Source of the DNA: an uncultured delta proteobacterium | GTDB lineage: Bacteria; Myxococcota; Myxococcia; Myxococcales; Myxococcaceae | Assembly (NCBI GenBank): GCA_963771175.1 | Contig: CAVYSY010000030.1 | Span: 32,001-96,000, forward strand | Direction of reading: 5' to 3' | DNA length: 64,000 nt | Part shown: in pieces, positions 30,298 through 42,186 of the stretch | How the letters are laid out: each line of letters starts with the position of its first letter | Numbering within the stretch: position 1 is the stretch's first letter | Position numbers and translations under genes: made by a program | Notes under the pieces: model-generated | Database searches by the model: none | What the model saw: only the letters and a program-made list of their open reading frames with translations | What the model was told of the DNA's origin: nothing

Positions 30298-31849
30298 TTA
30301 GCGACGGGCCGAGGCGGTGAGGAGGCCGAGCCGCTCGGCCGCCGAGCGCGTCTCCGGGGTGGTGAGGAGGTCCTCCACGTCCTGGGCGATGCGGTAGGCC
30401 CAGTTGGTGTCACTCATGGTGCCCGGCAGGTTGATGCGGTCGCGCGTGCCGAGCACGTCCTGCCAGGGCAGCACGCACAGGTCGCTGCCCGCGTTGAGCG
30501 CGGAGGCCAGCATGGCGCGGTGCACCTCGGGGGTGAACTCGCGCGTGGCCGCGACGCCCTGGAACTCGGGGTAGACGCGCGCGGTGCCCAGGCGCTCCTC
30601 CTCGGAGGCCGCCTCCCACCACTCGGCCACCGTCTCGGTGTCGTGGGTGCCGGTGGTGACGAGCGACACGGCGGGGAACTGGTGCGGGTCGCGGTAGTGG
30701 CTGTCGTCGCGCTCCCAGCGCATCACCCGGTAGCCCGGCAGCCCCAGGTCCTTGAGGATGGTCGCGGACGAAGGGGGGAATGACGCCCAGGTCCTCGGCG
30801 ACGATGCCCGCGTCCTCCGACAGCAGGCGGAAGTGCCGCTCGCCGAGCGCTCTTCCACGGCCTCCTCGGTGTCGGGGATGAAGCGGCCGGTGGGCGTCTT
30901 CTCGTCGCGAATCCACTGGCGGAAGTAGCCCACCGCGTGGTCCACCCGGCGCAGGTCGTAGTAGCTGGCCGCCTTGGTGGCGCGCGACTTGAGCCAGCCG
31001 TAGTCGTCCTTCTCCATCTGCTCGAAGTCGAAGTAGGGCAGGCCCCAGTCCTGGCCCGTGGCGGAGAAGTCGTCCGGCGGCACGCCCAGGCGCGCGTCGC
31101 GCCGCAGCACGTCCCGGTGCGCCCACACGTCCGCGCTGTCCTGGCCGATGATGAAGGGCTCGTCGCCGCACAGGAGGATGCCGCGCGCCTTGGCCAGCGC
31201 GCGCACCGCGTTCCACTGCACCTCGGCCACCCACTGCAGCCAGGCGTGGTAGCGCACCTCGCGCTCCAGCCGCGCCGCCTCGGCGCCCAGCGCGTCCGGG
31301 TGCCGGTTGCGCAGCGGCTCCGGCCACTCCCACCAGGCGCTGCTGGTTCCGCTCGTGGGAGATGGCGGTGTAGAGCGCGTAGCTCTCCAGCCACTCGCCC
31401 TGCTGCTGGCGCCACGTCATGAACTCCTGGGCGCGCGGGCTGTGGGGCCACTCGGTGCGCTCGAAGTGCTCGAAGCAGCGCCGGAAGGCGGCGTCCTTGA
31501 GGCGGAAGACGAGGTCGTAGCGGACGCGGGGCGCGGCGCGCGCCTCGTCCAGCATGCGCTTGTCCTCGTCGGAGAGCGCCGCCTCGCCGCCGGTGGCGTG
31601 GAACTCGGGCAGCATCTCCAGGTCGATGAAGAGCGCGTTGAGGCCGAACGCCGAGCGCGTGGAGTAGGGGCTGGGGTCTCCCGGGGCCGTGGGCAGCAGC
31701 GGCAGCAGCATCAGCAGCCGCTGGCGCGCCGCCTCCATCCAGTGGAAGAGGCCATCGAGCCCGCCGAAGTCGCCGATACCGAAGTCGGTCTTCGAGCGGA
31801 GGGAGAAGAGCGGAAGGAGGAGACCGGAGATGCGGCCGGTGGAAGCCAT
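30298..31849 (-). CDS. malQ: 4-alpha-glucanotransferase (GH77), several frameshifts
   Basis: FGIGDFG, SPYS, DSADVW, GVPPDDFSATGQDWGLP, RVDHAVG, AEDLG, TGTHD, RINLPGT..NW. Confidence 0.9.
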
Positions 31850-32006
31850 GGTGGGCGCACAATGCACCACGTCCCCGCGCCTGTGAACTGTCCTGGCGCG
31901 CAGACGGGGGATTCCGTGCAGGCTTGCTTCCCGGGGGAGCGCCGGGCCCCGGGCGCCACCCCGGGCATTGACGGAGGGACGGGCCGGCGGCATCCGTTCC
32001 TCCGCC

Positions 32007-32589
32007 GTGCGTCTTCCCTCCTCCTTCTATGCGCGCCCCGCGCTCACCGTCGCCCGAGAGTTGCTGGGCGCCCAACTCGTCCTCGACGAGGGCGGCTGGC
32101 GGCGCGTGGGCCGCATCGTGGAGACGGAGGCCTACGTGGGCGAGCACGACCTCGCCTGCCACGCCTCCAAGGGGCGCACCCCGCGCACCGAGGTGCTCTT
32201 CGGGCCGCCAGGGCGGGCCTACGTCTACCTCATCTACGGCATGTACCACTGCTTCAACACCGTGACGGACGCGGAGGGGGTGGGCGTCGGCGGTGCTGGT
32301 GCGGGCGGTGGAGCCGGTGGAGGGCCTGCCTCCAGAGGCCCGGACGGACGGGCCGGGGCGGCTGTGCCGGGCCCTGGGGCTGTCGCTGGCCCACAACCGC
32401 TGGGACCTGCAGAGCGCACGCTCCACCTCGAGGCGGGGCCACCGGTGCCCGAGGCCCGAGGTGGAGCGGGGTCCGCGCATCGGGGTGGACTACGCCGGAG
32501 CGTGGGCCCTGGAGCCCTACCGGCTGTGGGTTCGGGGCAGTCAACACGTGAGCCGTCCACCCCGGAGACGGCGCCGCGAGCGCGCTTGA
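32007..32589 (+). CDS. mpg: DNA-3-methyladenine glycosylase (MPG family), frameshifted
   Basis: [50 protein letters not shown]. Confidence 0.88.
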
Positions 32590-32626
32590 CGCGGGGCGTG
32601 GCTGGACTGGGAGGGTGCGCCGCACG

Positions 32627-33250
32627 ATGTCCGACGAGGCCGTCAAGGAAGAGGATCCGGCAGCTGGCGCTGCTCGCGGGCCCAGGCCGGCGACATCAGC
32701 GCCTTCGAGGCGCTGGTGGAGGCCCACCGGGACAAGGTGTACGGGCTGGCGCTGCGGATGACCCGCTCCGAGGCGGATGCCGCGGAGATCACCCAGGACA
32801 CCTTCCTGTCCGCCTACCAGCACCTCAAGGACTTCCGCGGGGATGCGGCCTTCGGCTCGTGGGTGCACCGCATCGCCGCCAACCACGCCCTGATGCGGCT
32901 GCGGCACCGCCGGGTGGTGCAGGCGGCCGAGGAGGAGCTCCAGGGCCCGGAGTTCACCGAGCGGGGCAGCCTGGCCGAATACCCCCCCCAGCGACTGGAG
33001 CCGCGAGCGCCGAAGGGCAGGCATCCTGGACGCCGAGCTGGGGCGGGCCATCCAGGAGGCGACCGACCGCCTGCCCGAGGGGTACCGGGAGGTCTTTCTC
33101 TTGAAAGACGTGGAGGGGCTCAGTTACGAACAGATCGCCGAGGTGACGGGGGACTCCATCCCCGCCATCAAGAGCCGGCTGCACCGGGCGCGGCTCGCGC
33201 TACGCGACGCCATCGATCGGTTCTACAATCAGGGCAACACCAGCGCGTGA
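32627..33250 (+). CDS. ECF sigma factor, frameshifted
   Basis: [60 protein letters not shown] across frames. Confidence 0.85.
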
Positions 33251-33311
33251 AACCCATCAGGGGGCTGGGCATCTTCGTAGGTACACGAGGCAGGCCGCGG
33301 CCGAGGTCCGG

Positions 33312-33552
33312 ATGTACACGTGTAAAGACTCCATCAACCTCCTGCTGGACTTCCTCGACGGCGAGATACCGCCCGAGGAAGCGAAACATCTGCGCGAGCA
33401 CCTCTCTGGCTGCGCGCCGTGCATGGACTTCCTGCGCACCTACAGGGCCACGCCGGGTCTGTGTCGGCGAGGCGCTGGCCCAACAGATGCCGCAGGAAGT
33501 GTCGGCCAAGCTGACCGAGTACCTGCGCGCCCGAATCAAGTCCGCCTCGTGA
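33312..33552 (+). CDS. Zinc-finger (zf-HC2) anti-sigma factor, frameshifted
   Basis: MYTCKD..LLDFLDGE..HLSGCAPC (HxxxCxxC). Confidence 0.8.
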
Positions 33553-34626
33553 AGCTCAACCTGAAGTCCCTGTCCTTGCCGGAGCTTGCAGCAGGCACTC
33601 TCGCCCGCGGAGCCGCTCGCCTCACCGCGGTGCGCAAGGTGTTCGCCTCCGTCTTCGCCCATGGGGCCTCCTCGCTGGAGGAGGTGTGCCAGCGCGCCCC
33701 AGGTGCCGCGCCGCGTCGCGGAGCTGCCTCCGGGCGCAGCGCGGAGACTGACCCGGCTGGAGGTGGTGGAGCGCCGCCGGCCGACGACGGCTTCGTGAAG
33801 TACCTCTTCGACTCGCCCCTGGGCGGGCCGGGTGGAGGCGGTGCGCATCCCCATCTTCGACGAGAAGTACGTGGTGTGCGTCTCGCAGCCAGGTGGGCTG
33901 CGCGCTGGCCTGCGACTTCTGCATGACGGGCAAGCTGGGCTTCCAGCGCAACCTGCGCACCTGGGAGATTCTGGACCAGGTGCTGCAGATTCGCGCCGAG
34001 GCGGACCGGCCCGTGCGCGGCGTGGTGTTCATGGGGATGGGCGAGCCGCTGCTCAACTACACGGAGACGCTGCGCGCGGCGCAGCATCCTCTGCCACCCG
34101 GCGGGCTTCGCCATCGCCGGCCCGTCCATCACCTTCTCCACGGCGGGCATGGTGCCGGCCATCCGGCGCTACGTGCGCGAGGGGCACCCGTACCGGCTGG
34201 CCTTCTCGGTGACGAGCGCCATCCCGGAGAAGCGGGCGAAGGTGCTGCCGATCGAGAAGGGCGCACCCGCTGCCGGAGCTGGTGGACGCCATCCGCGAGT
34301 ACGCCGCCGTGCGGCGCGAGCGGGCGATGATCGCCTACGTGGCCATCAGCGGCTTCAACCTCGGGCGCGAGGACGCGGTGGCGCTGAAGGAAGCGTTCGA
34401 GGGCATCCCCATCAAGGTGGACCTCATCGACGTGACGGACCCGACGGGGAAGTACCTGCCGCCCACGCCCGAGGAGCTGAAGGCGTTCCGGGACCACCTG
34501 CAGATACTGGGGGCGCCCATTGCCCGGCGCTACTCGGGGGGCAAGGAGATTGGGGCGGCCTGCGGGACGCTGGCGGCCTCACAATATGGCGGCGTGGTGC
34601 TGCCGCCGCCGGGGACCCCTGGTTAA
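33549..34626 (+). CDS. RlmN/Cfr-family radical SAM protein, several frameshifts
   Basis: [37 protein letters not shown]-terminal IGAACGTL. Confidence 0.8.
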
Positions 34627-34637
34627 TCTGGCGGTAC

Positions 34638-35252
34638 ATGGTCGAGTACTTCGACAACCTCATCACGCACATCGGCCTGCTGGGGCTGCTGGTGCTCGGG
34701 CTGGCGGCGGCGGTGGAGTACGTGGTGCCGCCGTTTCCCGGGGACACCATCACCCTGCTGGGCGGGGTGTATGCGGTGCGGGGCGAGCACCCATGGCCCC
34801 TGGTGTTCCTCGTGGTGGTGGCGGGGAGCGTGTTGGGGGCGTTCATCAACTACCAGCTGGGACGGTGGCTGGTGGGGCGCTTCGAGCGGCGGCCGGGAGA
34901 GGCGTTTTTCGGCATCACGCACGCGAGGCTGGAGTCGGTCCAGTCGCAGATGCGACACAAGGGGCCGTGGCTGCTGCTGGCCAACCGCTTCATTCCAGGG
35001 GTGCGGGGGTTGATTTTCGTGGCGGCGGGGGCGGCGCACATGCCGCGCAGCAATGCGCTGATTCTGGGGGCGCTGTCGGCGATGGCGCACACGGGACTGG
35101 TGCTGGGGCTGGGCGCGGCGGTGGGCGGCAACCTGGAGCAGCTGGAAGAGCTGATGTGGCGCTACCAGCAGGCGATCCTCGGACTGGTGGCGGTGGGCGT
35201 AGTGGCGGTGGTGGTGCGGGCCCTGGCGAAGCGCAAGACGCCGGCCACCTGA
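34638..35252 (+). CDS. DedA family membrane protein
   Basis: EYVVPPFPGD, GSVLGA..NYQLGR, RFIPGVR. Confidence 0.88.
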   Translation: MVEYFDNLITHIGLLGLLVLGLAAAVEYVVPPFPGDTITLLGGVYAVRGEHPWPLVFLVVVAGSVLGAFINYQLGRWLVGRFERRPGEAFFGITHARLESVQSQMRHKGPWLLLANRFIPGVRGLIFVAAGAAHMPRSNALILGALSAMAHTGLVLGLGAAVGGNLEQLEELMWRYQQAILGLVAVGVVAVVVRALAKRKTPAT

Positions 35253-35279
35253 GGGCGATTGGGAATTCGTGAGCAGCCT

Positions 35280-35639
35280 ATGAGTGCGCAGGCCTCGAGA
35301 CCTCCAGGGCGCGAACATCCGGTGTTCGTATTGGATGTGTTGATGGGGATTCGGGAGGAGGCCCGGAGCGGGCGCCCCTTCTGGTTCTTCTTTGGGGCCG
35401 AGAGCGCCGAGGCGATGTGGGCCTATATCGCAGGCTACGTGAGTTGCTGTTACCGCAACGGCTTCACCGACGAGGAGTGGGGTCGGTTCGTGGATTGGCT
35501 CGCGGATGTGAAGCACGAATTTCCCGAGGGTGGAGGTTGGGTGAAGAAGTTCCTCGACGACTGCGGCGGCGACCACGGCAAGGCGATGATGAAGTTTCTC
35601 GACCTCGTCGCGGAGTTCTGCTCCACGCAGAGGGGCTGA
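35280..35639 (+). CDS. Small hypothetical protein (aromatic and acidic)
   Basis: Protein-like ORF with somewhat lower GC; no recognised family. Confidence 0.55.
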   Translation: MSAQASRPPGREHPVFVLDVLMGIREEARSGRPFWFFFGAESAEAMWAYIAGYVSCCYRNGFTDEEWGRFVDWLADVKHEFPEGGGWVKKFLDDCGGDHGKAMMKFLDLVAEFCSTQRG

Positions 35640-35803
35640 GCGCCAGCGCACCGCGCTCAGGGCGGAATAGTGCAGTGCACTGGAGGTCCGTGCGGTGGGC
35701 TGAGCCCTGTCGACGTCACCTGAACGACAAGGTGAAGCGGTTCATCCTCATGGTGCATGAGGGGGCGTTGAGCGTGCGAGCGGGCCCGCGTTAACTGGCG
35801 GCC

Positions 35804-37932
35804 ATGCTCCGTTCCCGCCCCTGGTTCCTCCTCCTCGTGGCGTTCGTGCTCGCTGGCGGCTGTCAGTGTGACGAGCCGCCCGTGAGCGGGTCGCGTGGGG
35901 GCTTCCGAGTGGAGCAGGAGGTGCTCGACTTCGGTCGGGTACTCGAGGGCGACACGGGGCGCGGCTCGGTGCAGGTGTTGGGCACGGGCCGCGCCAGTGT
36001 GACGGTGTCCGCCTCGGTGCGCGGCGGTCCCTTCTCCCTGCCTCGAGCCCGAGGTGTCCGTTCCGGGTGCCGGCTCGGCCTCGGTGGAGGTGCTGTTCCT
36101 CGCGGGGAATGGCCCGGCGGAGGGCACGCTGGTGCTGTCGGCGGACGGTCACTCGCAGGAGGTGGCCCTGCGGGGCGAGGGCGTGCGGCCGTTGGCGTGC
36201 GTGCCCTCGGCGCAGTGCCGCCAGTCCCGTTTCGAGCTGGAGCCGGGCGTGTGCGTGGAGTCGGTGGTTCCGGATGGGACGGCGTGCATCCCCGGGAGCC
36301 GCTGCCAGGAGCGCGGGCATTGCCAGTCCGGGGTGTGCGTGGGCTCGCCGCGCTCGTGCGATGACGGCAATCCCTGCACCCGTGATGCGTGCGCGCCGGA
36401 GATGGGTTGCGTGACCTCGCCGGTGACCTGTCCCTCGTCCGGCAATCCCTGCCGCGTGGGGGTCTGTGACCGGGAGGAGGGTTGCACCGAGGTGGATGCC
36501 TTGGACCTGACCGTCTGTGGCAAGGTGGACTGCATCTCCGCCCGGCTGTGTGTCTCCGGCACCTGTCAGGATGTGCCCACTCCCGAGGGCTTCACCTGTT
36601 CGCCCGCCACGCCGTGCCAGGGCGAGGGACACTGCAGTGCCGGCAAGTGCGTGCGCCCGGACGCGGGGGAGCTCGCCCCGGCCTTCGTCCAGGAACTCGG
36701 CGGCGAGCCGTCCTCCGAGCCCGGCGGACCGGTGCTGCTCACGCACGGCGGAGCCCTCTTCGCCTCGGTGTGCGGTGGAGATGCCGGCTGCCGGCTGGTG
36801 TCGTACACGAGCAACGGTTTCCTGCGCTTCGAGACGCCCTACCCGGATGGTGCGGCGCGCACGCTGCTCGCCGTCTCGGACGCGGGCGTGGTGTTGCACG
36901 AGCCGGGTGCCCTCGAGTCCTACGCGTCCGCGGGGACGGGCGCCTCGCTGTGGCGCGTCCCTCTCATGAGTCTCGAACCGCCAGCGGGCGATGGGGGATG
37001 GGTTCCCTCCACGGGCGCGGGGCGCACCGCACTCGGCTCCGAGGGCGAGGTGGTGTCGCTCGTGTCGTGGGCACCGCCGTCGGACATGGCGGATGGTGGC
37101 GTGGCGGGGGACGCGGGAGGACGCGCGACGCTCGTGGTGCTCGCCTCGGATGGGGGCGTGCTGCGCTCGGGTCCGGTGACCGGCTTCGCGGGAAGTGCGC
37201 GGGTGGCGCTGGACTCGCGAGGGGACGTCTTCCTCTTCGCCGCGGGCGGGCCGTTGGCTCGCGCCGAGCCGGAGGATGGCGGCGCGGGCTTCCTCCTCGT
37301 GCCGCTGCTCGCGGAGATGCCGGAGGCGGGGGCCTCGCTCGCCGTGGCGGGGGGGCGGCTCTTCGCCGGGACGCGGGCCTTCGTGGACGCGGATGGAGGT
37401 CTGTCCGGCACGGCGGACTGGGAGACGGCGGGGCGGGTGACCCGGCCACTCGACGAGCCCGTGCTGCTGCTGGCGGACACCGGATACGCCTTCGCCCGGA
37501 CCTGTCTGCGCCCGGACGGCACGTCGTGTACTCCGGACGAGGAGGGGCTCGTGCTGCGCGCGCTCGATGTTCGCGGTGGCTCGGTGCGGTGGGAGACCTC
37601 CGTGCTGCTGGACGAGGCTCCGGGGATGCTTCACGAGGCGACGCTGGTCCAGGGGGGCGCGGTGAGTACGGTGACGAGCGTGCGGCTCGCGGGGGGCTCG
37701 CGGTCCTACGTGCAGGTGTTCGCCAAGGGAGAGCGTCTCATGGCGTGCCCGCTGCCCGGCAATCCCCACGTGGCCGGTGCCGCGTACGCTGGAGCGCTTC
37801 GTCTACGTCGCGCTCGAGCGCGACGGCACCTGGTGGTTGGAGGCGTTCGACCTCGGGGAGCTCGTCACGGCGGAGACGCGTGGGTGGCCCCAGGGGGCCG
37901 GCGTCTCCGGCTCGCGGCGCGCGCGTCCCTGA
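35804..37932 (+). CDS. Cys-rich (EGF-like repeat) lipoprotein with Ig-like N-terminus and propeller-like C-terminus (frameshifts near 36050 and 37800)
   Basis: Lipobox AGGC, LDFGRV Ig-like start, CDDGNPCT repeats. Confidence 0.7.
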
Positions 37933-37935
37933 GGC

Positions 37936-40900
37936 TCAGCGCGTCTCTTCTTTCTCCTCCCTGTCCATCCACAGGTCCTCGAAGCGCACCTGCGGCGGCG
38001 TCTGGTGCAGTCGCAGCCCCTGCACCCGGCCGCTGGCCGCCGAGTGCTCGCGCAGGTGGAAGAGCGGGATGATGGGGCAGTCCTCGTAGGCGAGCTTCTC
38101 CGCGCGCAGGTAGAGCTGCTTGCGCTGCTCCGGGTCGATGGTGATGCGCGCCTCCGTCGTGAGCTTGTCCAGCTCCGCGTTGCGGTAGCCCAGCGAGTAG
38201 ACCGTCTGTGCCTTCGAGTTCAGATGGAAGTAGAGGAAGTTGTCCGGGTCCGGGAAGTCGGCGATCCACGCCAGGCGGAACGCGGGGAGCCGTCCTTCGC
38301 GACGCCGCTCCTCGAACTCCTCCGCGCGCAGCTCCACGTGCCGCAGCTCCACCAGCCCCGCCTCCACCAGCGGGCGGAAGAGGACGGCATCCTCCGCCGA
38401 GGTGTCGCGTCCCACCGCGTGGTAGAGGGTCAGCGGCAACACCCGCACTCCGGCCTCCCGCAGCAGTCGCTCGGCCAGGCCGATGTCCAGACACGGCTCG
38501 GGCTGCACGCCTCCGTCGTCCAGCAGCTCCGGTGGAGTGAGCATGCGGGCCACGCGCGCGCCCTTGTGGAAGCGATCCACCAGCCCCTGGAGATCCAACC
38601 CCGCCCGGAGGGCCTTGCGGACCCGCACGTCGTTGTACGGCGCCTCGCGCAGGTTGAAGCCGAGGAAGGCCGTGGATGGAGTGGTGCTGGTGACGACCTG
38701 CTGCCCTTCCTGCTCGAGCGAGTCCACGTGGGTGATGAACAGATGCGACACGAGGTCCACCTGTCCTTCCCGCAGCGCGGCCACGGCCTGCTCGCGTGAG
38801 TCCAGCAGGTGGAACTCGAGCCGGTCCAGCAGGGGCTGTTCCCTGCGCCAGTAGGTGGGATTGCGCTCGAACGTGATGAGGTTCGTGTCGATGCTCGACT
38901 GTCGGAAGGGGCCCGTGCCTATCGCCTGGCCATTCGAGCTCAACCGGGCCACCGCCGTGCCCGGCAGGGCCATGAGCTGGAGGAAGAAGGACTTGGGCTC
39001 CTCCAGTCGGATGTCGAGCGTCAGGTCGTCCAGCACCTCGAGGCCCGTCACCTCGCCGTGTCTTGCCCTCCGCGAACGCCTTGGCTCCCTCCACATCCTC
39101 CAGCAGGCCGCGCTCCGGCGACTTCACCGCTGGGTCCAGCAGCCGCTCGAAGTGGCGCTTCACGTCGCGCGCCGTCAGGGGCTGCCCGTCGTGGAAGGTG
39201 ACGCCCTTGCGCAGGTAGAAGCGGTAGCGGCGGGCCGAGGGGTCCGCCTCCCAGCGCTCGGCCAGGTCCGGCACCAGCACGCCATCGTCCAGCCGCAGAA
39301 GGCTGGAGAAGATGCAGCAGCTCATCTCCAGGAGCTGGCTGTCCATGGCGAAGAGCGGATCCAACCCGCCTCCCATGGCCCGGACGAAGGTCGTCTGGTG
39401 GATGCCCGCTCGGATCGTGCCTCCCGAGTGAGGTGCCGGCAGCCGGAAGCGGAACACCTCGCCGTCCAGACTTGCCGCCTCGTGGGCCAGTTGCTCCACC
39501 GTGCGGCTCAGCCCGTCGCCGATGCGGATGACCTGGAGCGCGTCCTGGCTCACCCGCGCCACCTCCTCGCCGATGGCCGTGTCCCCGCGCATCAACACGC
39601 CGTGCGCCGCGCGGATCTCCTCGATGGCCGCGCTCAGCCGCAACACCGCGTTGGACAGGTCCCGGCCCGTGCGAGCCTGACCCTCCGCCTTGTGCGAGGC
39701 CTCCTGTGCCAGCTTCGCCATCTGCTGCGTCTGGTGCACCAGCTCGCGCCCGTGCCCCGCCTGCTCGATGGCGGCGCGCGTCACGTCGTCCACGCGCCGC
39801 GCCACCCGGCGGCTGGCCTCCACCACCGTGGAGCCCTGGGCCTCCAGCCGCTTCGTCTCCGCCAGCGTGGCCTCCACCGCCGTGAAGGTTCGCTGGGTGA
39901 TGGTGCGGATTTCCTTCAGCGCCTCGGCCGCCCGGTCTCCCAACAGCACGCCCGTGCCGGCCTGCTCGCGGCCCTCCTTCACCAGTGACACCGTCGTGTC
40001 CACCTCCCGGCGGACGCCACCCACCATGGTGGCGATCTCCCGCGTGGAGCGAGCGGTGCGCTCGGCCAGGCCGCGGATTTCGTCCGCCACCACGCCGAAG
40101 GGACGCCCCTGCTCACCGGCCTGCGCGGCGATGATGGCCGCGTTGAGCGCCAGCAGGTTCGTCTGGTCGGCGATCTCCTGGATGACGTCGACGATGCGGC
40201 CAATCTGCGTGGAGCGCACCCCGAGCGAGTCCACCAGCTCCGCGGCCTTGCGGACCGTCTCCTCCACCCGGTACATGCCCTGGACGCACTCGGTGACGAG
40301 CACTTCGCCGCGCTCGGCGGTGGCCGTCACGTCGTGGGCGAGCTGATTCGTCTCCGTGGCGCGCAGGCGCACCGCGTCGATGCCCGTCTGCACCAGTTGG
40401 ACGAAGTCCTCCGCCTCGTTGGCGAAGCGCGCCAGCTCATCGCCCGAGGAGGCGATGTGGTGGAGCCGCTCGCTCATGGACTGCACCTGCTGGGTGGTGC
40501 GGTGCGAGAACTCGTCCAGTGCGAGCAGCGCCTCGGCCACCTGCCCGAGTCGCTCGGCCATCTCCACCAGCGAGCCATTCGTCTCCTGGGCGAAGCTCTC
40601 CAGTTGCGTCACGCGCTTGCCCGCGGCCTGGAGGCTCTGGCCCATGCTTTCCACCGACTCCTGCGAGCGCTCCACCGCCCCGCCCTGCCGGCGCGCGGCC
40701 TCCAGCAGCACGCGCACCTCCTCGGACACGCCCTGGCAGGTGCGGCGCACGTTGCCCGTCACCCGCTGCACCTGGCTGAGCGCGCGGCGCAGGGAGTAGA
40801 TGAGCCGGCGCACCTCTCGCTGATCTCCCATGCCGTCGTAGACGGCATTGGTGAGGTCCCCCTCGGCCAGCCGGCTGAGGATGTTGGTGCGCTCCTTGGC

Positions 40901-41095
40901 GCGCTCCATCGCCCAGACGAACCAGAAGGCGTAGCTCGCCGCCAGCAGCAGCAGCGGCGTGGCGACGAGCAGCACGGCCCAGCCGACGGGGGGGACCGGA
41001 TGGCCGGTGAAGACGTGGAGCAGCCCGCCGAGGGCGGCGGCAAGCAAGAGCCCCCCGACGACCATGAATGTGAAGAAATACTTTTTGGCGGCCAT
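37936..41095 (-). CDS. Methyl-accepting chemotaxis protein fused to a C-terminal family 5 (OppA/DppA-like) solute-binding domain (frameshift near 39057)
   Basis: Two N-terminal TMs; [34 protein letters not shown]; in frame with [24 protein letters not shown]; second frame has GTGPF and [12 protein letters not shown]. Confidence 0.85.
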
Positions 41096-41163
41096 GTGAG
41101 AACGGGAGTCACACCGTATCCCGCATTCTCGCCGCGATCTTCAATTCGGCACAGACTGAGGGG

Positions 41164-42186
41164 GTGCTCGCTCTCTTCTCCGTGCTCCTGCTCGCCCTGC
41201 CGGCGGGGAAAGGTCCGTCCGCTGCCACCTCCGAGGAGACCTCCCGCTTCGTCTTCGCCTGGCGGGGAGTGCCGGTGGGCACCGTCAGCCTCTCCCTCGC
41301 ACCCGAGGTGAAACGTTTCACCTACACCTCGCGTCACCTGCACACGCGGGGGGGACACAGGGGCGAGCGTGTGCGGGAGGTTTCCCTGGAACTGGGCTCG
41401 GGGGGCACCGTGGTGGGGCGCTCGAGCGTCCCCCAGGCCTTGTGGCTGTGGCGGGGGCCTCCAGCCCTCGGGTGTGTGACGGGACGGGAGGAGCTGTCCG
41501 GCCGGGAGGGACCCCACTGCGTCACCGCCGTCCGGGGAGACACGGTGGAGGGAACTGTGTTCGGCCAGCCCTTCACGGCCCGTTATGACGAGCGCGGCCG
41601 GATGGTGGCGATGGAGGTGGGGGAGTCGCGCTTCACCGAGGTCGCGCCCGGAGTGCGGTTGCGGCCCCCTCCCGAGCTCTTCGCGGATGGGCTGCCCGTG
41701 GAGGGGGAGACGGGCCCACTCGCCTTCTCTCCACCATGGCCGCTCGCGGGGCGTCCCTCCTGGCTGACGGCCTGGCGGGCGGGAGCGGCGCGAGCACTCG
41801 CGGAGGAGGTCCACGCCGCCTTTCCGGAGAAGGGTCCGGGGGAAGCGGATCTCCGCGAGGGCGGCGAGGGCGAGGCGGGAGGGTGCCTGGCCCATGCACT
41901 GCGCTTCGCGGCGCGGGCGGTGGCGCGCGGGCAGCGGGTGGCGTTGGTGCACGGGCTGCTCGTGGTGGACGGGGGGCCCGCCCGGCCTCATGCCTGGGTG
42001 CGCGTGGGCCTCGGGGGTGGGGGCACGTTGGACCTGGACCCCACCTCGTTGGACCCCGTCACTCCGGAGACGCACCTGCCGCTCGCCCTGACCGAGCCCG
42101 GCGGTGCCTCGGTGGAGGCCGGAGAGCGGTGGTTGGCGCTGCTGCGCGGCGAGCACCGCGTGGTGCGCCTCAGTCGAAGGGAATGA
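41164..42186 (+). CDS. Secreted transglutaminase-like protein
   Basis: Signal peptide; putative Cys-His-Asp triad GCLAHA / HAWV / LDPT. Confidence 0.7.
   Translation: MLALFSVLLLALPAGKGPSAATSEETSRFVFAWRGVPVGTVSLSLAPEVKRFTYTSRHLHTRGGHRGERVREVSLELGSGGTVVGRSSVPQALWLWRGPPALGCVTGREELSGREGPHCVTAVRGDTVEGTVFGQPFTARYDERGRMVAMEVGESRFTEVAPGVRLRPPPELFADGLPVEGETGPLAFSPPWPLAGRPSWLTAWRAGAARALAEEVHAAFPEKGPGEADLREGGEGEAGGCLAHALRFAARAVARGQRVALVHGLLVVDGGPARPHAWVRVGLGGGGTLDLDPTSLDPVTPETHLPLALTEPGGASVEAGERWLALLRGEHRVVRLSRRE

Noticed and set aside
35640..35800. Possible mobile-element remnant after the orphan gene
   Set aside because: No terminal repeats or recognisable transposase motif
41164..42186. Lasso-peptide B2 protease or RiPP cluster
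   Set aside because: Only a transglutaminase-like triad; no cyclase, precursor or RRE gene nearby, and the protein has a signal peptide
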